Part shown: positions 25,523 through 39,140 of the stretch, piece after piece
How positions within the stretch are numbered: the first letter of the stretch is position 1
Layout of the letters: every line of letters starts with the position of its first letter
NCBI RefSeq assembly: GCF_964213995.1
Contig: NC_135804.1
Span: 59,024,001 to 59,088,000 of the forward strand
Source of the DNA: Mustelus asterias
Lineage: Eukaryota
Direction: 5' to 3'
DNA: 64,000 bases
Program-made: the position numbers and the translations under genes
Notes under the pieces: model-generated
What the model saw: only the letters and a program-made list of their open reading frames with translations
Databases searched by the model: none
What the model was told of the DNA's origin: nothing

Positions 25523-26620
25523 GAGTCATAGAAGTTTACAGCATGGAAACAGGCCCTTCGGCCCAACTTGTCCATGCTGCCCTTTTTTTAAACCCCTAAA
25601 CTAATCCCAATTGCCCCCATTTGGCCCATATCCCGCTATACCCATCTTATCCATGTAACTATCTAAATGCTTTTTAAAAGACAAAATTGCACCCACCTCT
25701 ACTACTACCTCTGGCAGCTTGTTCCAGACACTCACCACCCTCTGTGTGAAAAAATTGCCCCTCTGGACACTTTTGTATCTCTCCCCTCTCACCTTAAACC
25801 TATGCCCTCTAGTTTTAGACTCCCCTATCTTTGGGAAAAGATATTGACTATCAAGCTGATCTGTGCCCCTCATTATTTTATAGACTTCTATAAGATCACC
25901 CCTCAGCCTCCTATGCTCCAGAGAAATAAGTCCCAGTCTATCCAGCCTCTCCTTATAACTCAAACCATCAAGTCCTGGTAGCATCCTAGTAAATCTTTTC
26001 TGCACTCTTTCTAGTTTAATAATATCCTTTCTATAATAGGGTGACCAGAATTGCACACAGTATTCCAAGTGTGGCCTTACCAATGTCTTGTACAACTTCA
26101 ACAAGACATCCCAACTCCTGTATTCAATGTTCTGACTGATGAAACCAAGCATGCCGAATGCCACCTTCACCACTGTCCACCTGTGACTCCACTTTCAAGG
26201 AGCTATGAACATGTAACCCGAGATCTCTTTGTTCTGTAGCTCTCCCCAACGCCCTACCATTAACTGAGTAAGTCCTGTCCTGGTTCAATCTACCAAAATG
26301 CATCACCTTGCATTTGTCTAAATTAAACTCCATCTGCCATTCGTCAGCCCACTGGCCCAATTGATCAAGATCCCTTTGCAATTGGAGATAACTTTCTTCA
26401 CTGTCCACTATGCCAAATCTTGGTGTCATCTGCAAACTTAGTAACTATATTCTCATCCAAATCATTAATATAAATGACAAATAACAGTGAGCCTAGCACT
26501 GATCCCTGAGGCGCACCGCTGGTCACAGGTCTCCAGTTTGAAAAACAACCCTCTACAACCACCTTTTGTATCAATTTAGATACCTCACCCTGGATCCCGT
26601 GAGATATAACTTTATGCAAC
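25523..26620 (-). mobile_element. CR1-clade LINE 3' fragment
   Basis: [27 protein letters not shown] and RPHLEYCVQFWSPY, frameshifted. Confidence 0.92.
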
Positions 26621-26659
26621 AACCTAGATCCTGTCTCTCTCAAAATATCTTCCAACAAC

Positions 26660-27049
26660 TTACCCACCATGTCATGTGTGACGTCCAGATTGAGCGGAAC
26701 ACGGACCGCGAGAGGAAGCCGAGTGGACAACACATTTCAGTCAGCTTTCAGACTAACATCCGCACTTCTTCCCTCGAATGACGTGACCCTTGATTTCAGC
26801 TTCAGATTAAATATTTTCAAAGCTTAGTTTGAGCTGCACCAGCGCAATTTATGCTTTTAGCTCACAGCGTGGTCGTCAGACCTTAACTACCGAGTACACC
26901 CAACATAATAACCGCAAGATTGCAAGTCTGATATTGCACATCGTGTTAAGTGGAAACAAAAGTTACCTTCCTCCCCCATCTACCACCCCGCCCCCTCCCC
27001 ACCCGGCCGAGGCTCTGGTCCCAGCCGTTTTTCAGCTCCAAATGTCAGT
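26660..27049 (+). promoter_or_regulatory. Putative CpG-rich promoter of the IgSF gene
   Basis: CpG density rises abruptly after the CR1 fragment. GC box CCCCGCCCCC at 26986-26995, CRE-like TGACGT at ~26679 and ~26779, GGAA cores. Directly upstream of the leader exon. Confidence 0.5.
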
Positions 27050-27104
27050 ATGTCTGGAAGAACCTCATTTCAACCCATCCTCATCCTGGCCCTTTGTCTC
27101 ACAG
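27050..27104 (+). CDS. IgSF V-C1-TM gene exon 1: signal peptide MSGRTSFQPILILALCLT
   Basis: ATG with A at -3, hydrophobic core, and phase-1 donor ACAG|gtacgt that joins in frame to the V exon. Confidence 0.8.
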
Positions 27105-27374
27105 GTACGTGTCTTCATTTTAACACCGACATCGGAAAGGCTGTAAATTAAGCTGACAAAAAACCATCAGAAAATATGTAAATTATATTGCAATTTAGAG
27201 CTGGGGTAATTTTCTATTGTTCCTTCTGGAGTTCCTCTGGCCGCCCTATATTCAGTAAAGACGATATTTGGAATTCAATGATAAAAGCTTATTGTCGGCC
27301 CGTTTTCTGCTAGAAATATTCCACTCGCCCTCTCCCTCTCAGAAGTAAATGTTTTTTTTGTTTTTTTGTAATAG

Positions 27375-27680
27375 AAGCCGGCAGCCAAGTACACCAAATG
27401 CTTGATGTGAAAAATGCGATCGCGGGAGATACCGTGACTTTTCACTGCACGTTCCCGCTGTTCAGGGATGTTAATAAGATCGCAGTGTACTGGTGGAGAG
27501 ATGGCGAACGAGAATTCTTAAAATCGCAGCAAGATTCCAGGAGAAGTTTCGAGGTTGAGACCAAAGCGAGCGCCACTCTGCGCATTGTCAAGGTGCGTTT
27601 TGAAGACGCCGGAGTTTATTATTGTCGAGTGCAGGGTGAATATAATGGAAATGGAACCGGCATACAGCTGGGTGTAAGCG
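27375..27680 (+). CDS. IgSF gene exon 2: V-set (VJ-type) domain
   Basis: Poly-T tract plus aatag acceptor, G|gtgagt donor, phase 1-1. Has B-strand Cys (TFHC), C-strand Trp (VYWW), EDAGVYYC and a J-like GNGTGIQLGV G strand. Confidence 0.92.
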
Positions 27681-27699
27681 GTGAGTGATCCTTCACGGC

Positions 27700-29720
27700 G
27701 ATTGTGGAAAACACAAGTTAAATTTACAATAATAGCAATCGGGGCCAGTGATGTAGGGCAGAGGAATGGCTTGAGAAAACGGCCGGATGGATACACCTAA
27801 TCGACATTAATTTCTCATTTGCCACCCTTCATTATGGCACATTCACAGTGTAAGAAGTCTAACAACACCAGGTTAAAGTCCAACAGGTTTATTTGGTTGC
27901 AAAGCTTCACAATGCACAGCCGACCATTGCGTCTGCGGTGGGAAGCTGACAGAATGAGAGACACGGCCACGGCAGGTCGGAGCTTTTGTTGATGGAAGTT
28001 CAGCACAGAAAGCCGAATGCTGACTATTGCGCGAATCGGACCCCACCTCGGCATTTGTTTATTGGGTTCTGGGGATTTCCGCAAGCTCCCGCTTTAACTG
28101 CTATTTCGAAATAACATTCATTTAAAATATACATTTCACAATCTCCTCTAATTGTTACAAGATGCGAAATGTAACAAGCGTTGACAATAAGCTATCACCT
28201 CCCATCCAGTGAAATCGCTCATTTATCCTCCAGTCTTGAATGGTTTATGTTTAGAACGAAATCCACCAGTTTTAAATGCGTTTAAACCCTTTCACTGTTT
28301 GTTACCCCCTTTTCTGAAATGAAAATCTCAGAATTGGCAACACAGAAACGTAAACCTCGGCCAAAAGTGTGGGTCGAAAACTTTTAAAAATAAAATAAGA
28401 ATATTAGAAATATTCAGACGGTCTGTGGTGAGAGAAACAGAATTAACGTTTAGAATGGAATATGGCTCTGCTTCGGAAGTTTACTGAGATCTCCAATGTT
28501 CTTGTCCAGGATAATTTGGAGGCATTGTCAGCGGAACTGAATAAAAACAGGTCTGAATAACATGAAAATTCTTGTCCACGTCAGGGAGAATCATTATTCA
28601 CTTTAAGTAATGTCGTATAGGATTTGTCTCGCAAGGTCGGCGTTAGACACCAGTGGATATCTTCTCTCATTGGGTATCTGGAGCGAAGTGCTTATTTTTC
28701 AAAACCACTTTGCTCCAGTTATCCAAGCAGTAGATTTTTCCAAAGTCGGATCCAGTCGGATCAGAAAGTTTCTAGAGGTAGAGCGAACCGGATTGTTGTA
28801 TTCGGCCGAGTTATTGATCGATTCTTGAGCATATTTTTTCTTTGTTGAATGTGTTTAAAAATGCTCTGATTAGGTTATAAAATCCGCTCGACCCAACATC
28901 GTCCATTTTACACATTAGTGCAAAATTAAATCACTATGTGTAGTCAGAGGTACATCACTGGAATAAGAGGGTTGACGTCATATCTATCGCAAGTTTTATT
29001 CCCTATTGATATCACCCGTTTAGTACCGTTGACAAATCGTTCCGAATTATTAAAACAAACTGCAACTCACCAGCTGTCCAAACCCCTGATCATTCTGTTT
29101 CAAACTCAAGGGCCACATATAAAGAATCGCAGTTAAACACCGAATTTCCACACGAGAAAAAATCCCTCCCGCATTTGAGCCCCCCTATCTAGCGTGTGTT
29201 CCTCTGGTCTAAGTGGAAACTCCCAGTAGATTAATCGAAAATCTACATAACAAACTTTTCTGTCCCTGAAAATTAATAATATTCGAATCGGAACGTTTAA
29301 TTGTTAAATGTTAAGATTTATTCAGCTTCGTGTCAAATATATGTTCTTCTCAAGTTGTTAATTGTCAATTCAATGGGTTCAACCCGACCATTTACTTCGC
29401 GTTTGGCGTCCGAAACCATGACGTGCTCGAAGCAACTAATATTTGGGGAAGAAAGTAAAAGGTTTGATTCTGGGACGAGTCTTTCTTTAATCGTTCTTTG
29501 AACCAGGACCCTACTTGGAATTTAATTTGTGGCACTGTAATTTATTACCTTGGCTAACAACAATAATTTCTCACTCTCAATAGAAATTGGGACGTTGGTT
29601 GTAGTTTAAAAATACTGTCATGGCCGAAAGTTCGACTGCCCTTCCACACGCCTGTCATTGTAAATGCAAAGAATGTACCGACTTTTATCCAGTCCTTTTC
29701 TTCAGCATTCCCGTTTTTGC
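27700..29720. promoter_or_regulatory. CpG-retaining intron-2 region with NF-kB and CRE motifs
   Basis: GGGGATTTCC at 28071-28080, GGAAACTCCC at 29215-29224, TGACGTCA at 28973-28980. CpGs are visibly more frequent than in flanking unique DNA. Confidence 0.4.
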
Positions 29721-29726
29721 TAAAAA

Positions 29727-29955
29727 CTAGGAACAGGAGGAGGCAATTGGTCCCTCGAACCTGCCCCCCTCTTTAACACGATCATAGCTGACCTCTTCCC
29801 CGCCTCAACTCCACCTTCTCGCCGGTTCAATATAGCCCTTCAAACCCTTACTAATTAAAAGTCCGTCCATCTCTTCCTTAAATTTACTCAATGCCCCCGC
29901 ATTCACCATGCTCTGGGGTAGTGAATTCCACAAATTCACCACCCTTTGAGAAACA
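29727..29955 (-). mobile_element. CR1 LINE 3'-end fragment
   Basis: SQRVVNLWNSLPQ..V.A peptide plus the 3'UTR hairpin region. Confidence 0.7.
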
Positions 29956-29997
29956 ATGTCTCCTGGCAAGAATTTATGGCAAGGTTTAAAATAGGTA

Positions 29998-30307
29998 AGG
30001 TGGCGCAATGGTTAGCAAAGCTGCCTCAGAGCACCAGGGATCCGGGTTCCATGCCAGCCTCAGGTCACTGTCTGTGGAGTTTGCATGTTCTCTCCATGTC
30101 TGCGTGGGTTTCCTCTGGGTGATTTGGTTTCCTCCCTCACTCCAAAGATGTGTGGGTTAGGTTGATTGGCCATGCTAAATTGTCCCTGAGTGTCTGGGGT
30201 ATGTGGGGTTAAGGGATAGGACCTGGGTGAGATTGTCAATGGTGCAGGCTTGATGGGCCAAATGGCCTCTTTCTGCACTGCAGGGAGTCTACAATTCAAT
30301 TCTATGA
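29998..30307 (+). mobile_element. tRNA-headed SINE
   Basis: Same head and core, CR1-like tail. Confidence 0.8.
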
Positions 30308-30970
30308 TAATTGATAGTCTTAGCTTCAACCCAACAATTTAGACTTCAGGACCAAGCTATTGTTTAATCAATGCTCCATTTTGCTGAAAATAAATTATTT
30401 ACAACATAGAGTTTCCATAGGGGAAAATAATAGGAGAATAGGTTGTTTGGACATCCAGTCCACTACGGCCAACTGCCACATTCCTCAGGTTTTCCTATGA
30501 CGCTCTGCACCTTTGTTCTGCCATTTACACATTCTGGTCTCTTAATGGATGCTCCTAACACCATTCTCAGGCTTACTGCTCATTTACAACATTGTAAGTT
30601 TCTCCCTTTGATCCTTTATTATCCCTAACTCCTGTTGTCCACCAGAGTTGGACCGCTTTTTCTATGGATTTTTGTGCCTTAAAGGAATTTATAGTTGTTG
30701 CAACCCATGTCTTAACCCTGAAATACAAGACATTGCTTGCCCACTGTCATAACTTTAAATGTAGTTTTCCAAGTTATCCAGAACTACACAGGCAGCTTAA
30801 GAACATAAGAAGAAATAGGAGCAGGAGTAGGCCATCTAGCCCCTCGAGCCTGCAATAAGATCATGGCTGATCTGAAGTGGATCAGTTCCACTTACCCGCC
30901 TGATCCCCATAACCCCTAATAAGAACATAAGAAATGTTCTTATTTCTTGTTCACAACAGAAGGTGTTGTG

Positions 30971-31318
30971 AGGCAGCATGGTGGCACAATGCTGCCTCAC
31001 AACACCAGGGACCTGGATTCAATCCCAGCCCTGCTTGATTGTCTTTGTGGACTTTGCATGTTCTCTCTGTGTCCACATGGGTTTCCTACAGGGTGTTCTG
31101 GTTTCCTCCAACATTCCCATATTACAATGTTGCGCAGGTTAGGTTGATTAGCCATGCTAAATTTCCCCTCAATGTCCCAGGATGTATAAATTAAGGGGAT
31201 TAATGGGGTAAATACGTGGGGTTAGGGAGATAGGGCTTGGGTAAAATACTCTGTTGGAGAGTCAGTACAGACTCGATGGGCCAAAGGGCCTCTTTCTGCA
31301 CTGTAGGTGTTCCATGAT
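30971..31318 (+). mobile_element. tRNA-headed SINE (diverged)
   Basis: Same head and core, CR1-like tail. Confidence 0.78.
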
Positions 31319-31430
31319 ACATAGTTTATGTTAAGATTAAAGACCCTAGATTCAGACTTAACTTTCAAATTCTCCTAAGGCCCCTTTGCTAAAAGCTTGT
31401 TAATTATCTCTTTCTTATTGCCCAATACTG

Positions 31431-31760
31431 TATAGAATCATAGAATCCTACAGTGCAGAAGGAGACCATTCAGCCCATTGAGTCTGCACTGACCACAATC
31501 CCACCCAGGCCCCATCACTATAACCCAATGCATTTACCCTAGCTAGTCCCCCTGACACTAAGGGGCAATTTAGCATGGCCAATCCACCTAACCCGCACAT
31601 CTTGGACTGTGGGAGGAAACCGGAACACCCAGAGGAAACCCACGTAGACACGGGGAGAATGTACAAACTACACACAGACAGTGACCAAGCCGGGAATCGA
31701 ACCTGGGTGCCTGGCACTGTGAGGCAGCAGTGCTAACCACCAGTGCCACTGTGCCGCCCA
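31431..31760 (-). mobile_element. tRNA-headed SINE
   Basis: Reverse-complement copy with a (ctatgatt)n tail. Confidence 0.85.
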
Positions 31761-33469
31761 TATCTAAAATAGCCTGCTCCCTGGTTGAATGCACACCATT
31801 CTGATTTATAAAACTATTTTCTACACATTCCATGATCTTTCTTTTCCACACCATTACTACAATTTAGCTTGCCTCGCCCATATAAAGATTAAAGCTCCCC
31901 CCCACTCCGATCACTGTATTATCTTTGTTACATGCACCTCTAATTTGATGGTTTATACACTGTGCCATACACCACAACTAAATGTAGGTGGCCTATAAAC
32001 AACTCACAACAATATTTTATGCCCCTTGTTGTATCTTAGCTCCTGTTCTTCCTTCAGATACTCTGCCCGTGGTGACCATGGACTTTCATTGGTTTGGTCT
32101 ATGATTCTGCTTGGCAAAGTTTTGCAATGGTTTCTTTCAGCAGTATGACTAACTGGGAAACTCTCCCAGTCTTACTGTCTACTTTCAGGCATATCAGAAG
32201 AATTTACAGGCTGATAATCAACCTGTTTGATGAGCATTTCATGTTTTTAGCTCAGAAAAATCAAGAGGTAGAATCAGTTTGGGCGGAGCTAAGATCCACT
32301 TTCTCCACTGACTTCACTTTGTCCTTTATTATCAGGGTCACCCTTCCTCTTTTTCCAGTTTGCCTATCTCTTCTAAAAATGAAGCATCGTGACTATTTAG
32401 TTGCCAACATTGGTCACGTTACAACCACATATTTGTAATAGCTGCTCAATCTAACCTATGAATTTGTTTTTTCTGTCCTTTGTCTTAAATCTTTCTGATT
32501 CAATCAAAAATCTTTATTCCTTGGTTCTAGACTAATTTATTATTTCATATTTTTGTTTTAGTTGTTATTTAATGGGCATGGCTCAGTAGCAGCACTCTTG
32601 GTTTTGAATCCAGATGGTCCAGAATCCAGACTGTCCACTTGGGTGAAAATATAATATTTCAGGGAAGAAGAGCAGGCATGTTGTCCCAGTGTCCTGGTCA
32701 ACTATACACCTCAACCAAAGTCATTTAAAAAATGATCTTATTGTTTATGGGAACTTTCTGTGGTCAGCCAGGTTGCTGTAAAGTATGTTGGCTGCAAAGT
32801 GCTTTGGAGCATTGTGAAAGAGGTTAAGTAAATGGAAGTTCAACTTTGACGGTGATGTGCATTTCATCTGACAAAGGGATACAGTCAGATGCAAATGTGT
32901 TAGTGCATTAGCTCCTGACAATATGTAACATTGCAGCATTTTTTTGTGATTCTTTTAAAAAAAATTCTGCAGAATGTAAAACTTACCATTTAGGCACCTG
33001 GTGTTAGCTTTGCCTACCTCCATCTGAGGGGGATGCACCTCCCAGATCAAATGCAGGATAGCCAAATGCAGTCTCACTTAGGCAGTGGAAGTTAAAATTC
33101 TGTCTTTTGACCTGATACAAGGTTATTTATCACCAGTTTGTGAAAGCGTTTATATCAAAATGAACTTAAATGTTTGTGTTTTAATTATGTTTGCATGTCC
33201 CTGGACAAAAAGTGATATGAAGCAGAAAGATAAAATAAATATGAAAAGGGAATAGCTCAGAAAAACAACCCGAGTTCCATTTTAAAAACTCAAATATTTG
33301 CTAAAGCACATTGGCGGGAATGAAAATTACTTTGGTCTTTGTGTTGCAAATAAACAGAGTCATAAAGATTCCCTGTCATTGGTAAATTCTCGGGAAATTG
33401 GAAGTGATATATTTAGAATTTTACGAGAAACTTTTACCAAGAAACATATTTCCCCTCAAAGGGATTTTA

Positions 33470-33885
33470 GTTTTAAAGGTAGAGTTTCCCTAACAGAGGT
33501 TGTCCATTTAAGACAAAGATGAGAAGGCATTTCTCTATTAAGAGAGTTGTCAATTGTTAGAATTTCCACACGAGAGAGCCATGGAAGCTGAGTCATTTGC
33601 TGACATTTTACCACCCTGCCTGCCACAGGAATCGGAGCGGGCAAAGGGCGGAACATGGAAAGTTGACCTCAGGTGGGATTTTACGGTTTCGGGACAAGCG
33701 AGGCCTTAAAATCCCACCCATTGAATATATTCAAGGCTGAGGCAGACAAATTCATGAACTACAGGGAAGTCAAGGATTATAGGGAACAGGCTCGAGAGTG
33801 GAATTGAAATCCAGTTAACATAGTTCTATTAATGGCAGAGCAAGCAGGAGAGACCAACCTGTCTCCTGCTCCTATTTCTTATGGC
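33470..33885 (+). mobile_element. CR1 3' fragment interrupted by a ~130-bp MITE (~33597-33719)
   Basis: Decayed CR1 3' end. The inner segment ends AAAATCCCACCC, like the Harbinger-type termini. Confidence 0.5.
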
Positions 33886-35061
33886 CACTGATTCCATATT
33901 ATTGGATAGTGTGTAAATGACTTAATTGAAATGGCTCCAAATTAATGCAATTACAATGTTGCTATACAGAGCAGCAAGCTATTTCTTCCTCCATAGCCTT
34001 GTAACAGCTAAATCTATCTTTGAAGAAGCAAGCATCATCAATTTTTAAGGAAGGGTGGATGCACACATGAAGAAGAAAATGGAGGGATGTAAGGCAGGTT
34101 GGAAGTATGGTACATATGCGTCAGCATAGACTCGCTTGGGTGAATAACCTGTTTCTGTGTTGTAGCTTCTAATACTGGGTCTTCTATTGGGATGTTACTT
34201 GCGGCAACATGCACCACGTTTTGAAATTGGGTTACTATTCTTGTTGAAACAATATTTCGGAAATATCTCAGCTAATTTAAGTTTAGAACAACAGAATGGA
34301 ATCATAGAGTCATTATGACACAAAAGGATACCATTCAATCCTTCATGTCTGTGCCAGCTCTCTACAAAAGCAACTTCCACTCCCCTGCCCTTTCCCTGTA
34401 GCTCTGTATTCATTTTTTACAAGTTAAATGTCACTTTGTACACAAGTAGTTTACTTCATTTAGCATTATGATTCAACTATCCCCCTTACTAGTTGAACAG
34501 CAATCCTGCTTAAATATCCAATTTAATGGACAATGATTTTCATGAAACATTATAATTAAGCCCAATTATATCCTGGATGCATGTTTTCAGTGGAAATTTC
34601 CACAGACGTTTGTTGAGTCGCAATTTGAAGCATGACTTGATTTAATTTTCACTACCTATTTCTGCTGAGCCAAACTGCAATCATGTAAAATGACACTGGT
34701 TAATCCAGGCTCATAATCATCTCCACATCATAATCCAGGGCAGGTCAGAGGTTGGACCAACAAACAGCATATTCACCCAGTGATTATTTGGATAATCTAC
34801 ATTTTTGTATGCAGCGTTATTGCACGACAATGTATTATGAACACATCAAGTTTCTCCTTTTTTTGCTTGCAGCAGATTATACTTGGCTGCCAGTGTCTCA
34901 AAATGGATACAAAGTAATTAACAACTAGGAAGCAGTTTCTTTAAACTAATTAATATTCATAGGTAAAGTAGATCCTTAATATTGTTAAATGATGCCCAAA
35001 GCAATGTATTAGGAAATCGTACCCACTTGGAAATTGAGAAATGTGTTTGTTTCTTTTATAG

Positions 35062-35358
35062 TTCCTCCAGATCCTCTGAAGATTTCGCCAAAGCTTTTTG
35101 CGAATGGCTCTCTAACATGTTTGTGTGAAACGTCTGAGTTCTATCCTGATAGTTACACCATTGTTTGGCGTAAAGATGGTAAAGAAGTTACGGCTGGAGT
35201 TGAGAAATCCATGAAGAAGAATGCTAAGGGACTGTATGAAGTTACCAGTTATTTGAAAGAGCCACAGGCAGGTCCAACTGGGACTGTTTATATCTGTGAG
35301 GTATCTCACTCGACCCTTAAAGCTCCAACTTCAGTCAACTACACTGTTCAATTCGCAG
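35062..35358 (+). CDS. IgSF gene exon 3: C1-set domain
   Basis: ttttatag acceptor, G|gtagga donor, phase 1-1. C1 signature LCETSEFYP..YTIVWRKDG...LYEVTSYL...YICEVSHSTL. Confidence 0.92.
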
Positions 35359-35733
35359 GTAGGAAAAAACCTATTTAGTTGTGAATTGTTGTATATTGTG
35401 GTTTCACTGCAATTGATGGGAAATATTTTCACTCTAATAATGCCAGAAAGGAAATAAGTGCAGTGCTGGGGATTTTTCAGAAATTGTGAACTCAGCAGAG
35501 CTGGTTAATGATGGTGAAGTGAACTAGCTGCAGCTACAGACCTCGCTGATTTCATTTTACCCAACTTTTGAAGCTTTCCTTTCCAGGGTGCATTGAGTCG
35601 TGCTGACTTAAACCTTACTTAATTGCATGTCCTTCATGTATAATCAGGACACACACACACAGACACACATAATTGATTTTAGATTTAATTAGTTAAATGA
35701 ATTTATTTTCTCCAGCCTCTGTGGTGGTGTTAC

Positions 35734-37514
35734 ATTCTACAAGTATGTTAAGAGCAAGAAGATAAGATGTGAAGGAGTAGGACCTATCAAATGTGACGGT
35801 GGGAAAGTCTGTGTAGAAATAGCAGAGGTACTCAATGAATAATTTACTTCAGTGTTCACAGTGGAAAAAGGATCTTGGTAGTTTCAGTGCAGACTTGCAG
35901 TGGACTGAGAAGATTGAGCATGTGGACATTAGGAAAGAGGATGTGTTGGAGCTTTTGAAAAGCATCAAGTTAGATAAATCGCCGGGACTGGATGGGATGT
36001 ACCCCAGGTTACTGTGAGAGGTGAGGGAAGAGATTGCTGAGCCTCTGATGATGATCTCTGTGTCATCAATGGAGACGGGAGAGGTTCTGGAGGATTGCGG
36101 ATGTGGTTCCGTTATTCAAGAAAGGGAGAAGAGATAGCCTGGGAAATTATAGATCGGTGAGTCTAACCTCAGTGGTTGGTAAGTTGATGGAGAAGATCCT
36201 GAGAGGCAGGATTTATGAACATCTGGAGAGGAATAGTATGATCAGAAATAGCCAGCACAGCTTTGTCCAAGGCAGATCATGCCTTACGAGCCTAATTGAA
36301 TTTTTTGAAGATGTAACTAGACACATAGGCGAGGGAAGAGCGGTAGATGTAGTTTATATGGATTTCAGCAAGGCGTTTGATAAGGTGCCCCATGCAAGGC
36401 TCATTGAGAAAGTGAAGGGGCATGGGATACAAGGGGACATTGCTTCGTGGATTCTGAACTGGCTTGCCCACAGAAGGCAAAGAGTGGTTGTAGATGGGTC
36501 TTTTTCAGCATGGAGGTCGGTCACCAGTGGAGTGCCCCAGGGATCTGTTCTGGGACCCTTGCTCTTTGTGATTTTTATAAATGACCTGGATGAGGAAGTG
36601 GAAGGATGGGTTGGCAAGTTTGCTGATGACACAAAGGTTGGGGGTGTTGTGGATAGTGTAGAGGGATGTCAGCAGTTGCAATGAGACATAGATAAGATGC
36701 AAGACTGGGCAGAGAAGTGGCAGATGGACTTCAACCCAGATAAGTGTGTGGTGGTTCATTTTGGCAGGTTGAATAGGATGAAAGAATATAATATTAAGGG
36801 TAAGACGCTTGGCAGTGTGGAAGATCAGAAGGATCTTGGGGTCTGGGTTCATAGGACGCTCAAAACAGCATCGCAGGTAGAGGCTGTGGTTAAGAAGGCA
36901 TATGAAATACTGGCCTTCATCAATAGAGGAATTGAGTTTAGAAATCGGGAGATAGTGCTGCAGCTGTATAGGACCCTGGTCAGACCCCACCTGGAGTACC
37001 ATGCCCAGTTCTGGTCGCCTCATTACAGAAAGGATGTGGAAGCCATAGAAAGGATGTAGAGGAGATTTACAAGGATGTTGCCTGGATTAGGTGGCATGCC
37101 TTATGAGGATAGGTTGAGAGAGCTAGGTCTTTTCTCCTTGGAGAGGTGAAGGATGAGAGGTGACCTGATAGAGGTGTATAAGATGTTGAGGGGTATTGAT
37201 AGAGTGAATTCTCAGAGGCTTTTACCCAGGGCTGAAATGGTTGCCACAAGAGGTCACAGGTTTAGGGTGCTGGGGAGTAGATACAGAGGAGATGTTAGGG
37301 GTAAGTTTTTCACTCAGAGGGTGGTGGGTGCGTGGAATCGGCTGCCAGTAGTGGTGGTGGAGGCGGATTCGATAGGGTCTTTTAAGAGACTTTTGGATAA
37401 GTTCATGGAAGTTAGTAAGATAGAGGGTTATAGGTAAGCCTAGTAGGTAGGGACATGTTCGGCGGAACTTGTGGCCGAAGGGCCTGTTTGTGCTGTAGCT
37501 TTTCTATGTTCTAT
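35734..37514 (+). mobile_element. CR1-clade LINE, 5'-truncated, RT domain with stops
   Basis: VPLFKKG...[30 protein letters not shown] and KFADDTK, with a ttctatg tail. Confidence 0.95.
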
Positions 37515-39140
37515 ATTACATCTCTGGGTCGTTAGGCCATCATTGGGTTACTTCTCCAATTATGAAGGCTTAAATCATCTAGTGAGAGTAACTCAGAAAC
37601 ACAGTTGTCTCACTATGCCATCAGTTGTTTCCAAGTCACTTGTTAGAGAGGTTAATGGATGATGGTCCTTTATGAGTTTTAGTGTGAATGCAGAACTCTG
37701 CCTTCCACACATCACAGTTACATGAGCGAGTTAGCAGTGATACTTTGCTGACAGTGGCTTCAGGACAAAGGGAACTTAGAGAAGATAACCTAAGATTTAG
37801 AAAATAGAATGAATTCTCATTGGCAGTAGCCTTCTGTTTCTCCTACCTTTCCTGTTCCTCAGTCCAACGCCGGCATCTCCACATCCTGTTCTGAAGGCAC
37901 AGACACCTGCCATATCAGTATGTCATTCACATCTAAGTTCAGACACTGTCACCTATTATTTAACCCACAGGAGCCAAACAACTTAATCTGTCTTCTCAGG
38001 TAGTTGGAAAAGATTCCATGATACTTTTGAAAAAAGAGCAAGGTAGATTTTCCAGTGTCCTCACTGTCATTTATCTCAACTAACATTACCAAAACTGATG
38101 AATCAGTTATTTATTCCATCATTGTTTGTGGGACCTCTCTGTACACAAATTGACTACATGTTTCCAACATTATACAGTGACCACGCATCAAAATGTACTT
38201 AACTGACTGTAAAGCACTTTGGGATTGACTGAGCTTATGATGGGTGCTTACATAAATGCAACCTCATTCATTAAGCAGGATAGGCAGAAAAAGTGGATGC
38301 TGATAATCTTAATTATCCATGTACTTTCTAGATAAAGAGCTAAGGATTCAACATTTGAGTCGTTCAAGCAACAAATGCATTTTAAAGAATTTACTCTGTT
38401 CAGCACTTCTAGTGAAACTGTAGTTGTGTTCTTTACCATCATATTTACAAAGTGTTCCCAAATGTTTATGAAGTTGTTGCTAAATTATAGTAGATGCATT
38501 TTCCCCTGTGTATCAGACTTTTATTGCTGCTTTATCTTGGTCATATTTAATTTCTGATTTATGTTTGGGGGAGTTTTATTTTGATCTGAACCAAAGCAAG
38601 TGCTGTGCAGAAGAACATTTTCTTTGTTTGATTTTCAAGTCCAATTAAGAACACAAAAACACATAAAATAGGGGCAAGAGTAGACATTACAAGCTGTTGA
38701 GCCTGTGTTCCTATTCAAAATGATCAAGACTGATCTTGGACTTCAACTTTACCCACTTAAGATATAGAGTAAGTGCTCTTAAATCCATCTTTAGAAAAGC
38801 CCCACCATCAACTGTAATGATCCCATTTTTTCACTCCTTTTGGATAGTTTAAATGAAAAAATCCTATTATTGCTAATCTGAACTGAATCATGGACAGTTT
38901 TGGCCCACATCAAGCAGGAATGAGACAGAAATTCACACACTCATTAATCGTAAGGCTCATGAGTTGTAATTTTATGGGTTTGACAATCATGATTCAGACT
39001 GTTTATGACTCAGGAGCAGAAAGTGGAATATTATGTATTTATATTTGTGCAGGAAGCTTAAATTCATATTATTATCTGTCCTGTACTGTCATTCTTCTGA
39101 AAAATGAAAGATTAGTTTTTGTTCTGTATGTATCTTGCAG

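Noticed and set aside
27844-27850. CACAGTG heptamer downstream of the V exon as a possible RSS
   Set aside because: It lies 163 nt into the intron and has no ACAAAAACC-like nonamer at 12 or 23 nt. It abuts a Penelope-like repeat fragment. Other CACAGTG hits are in SINE heads.
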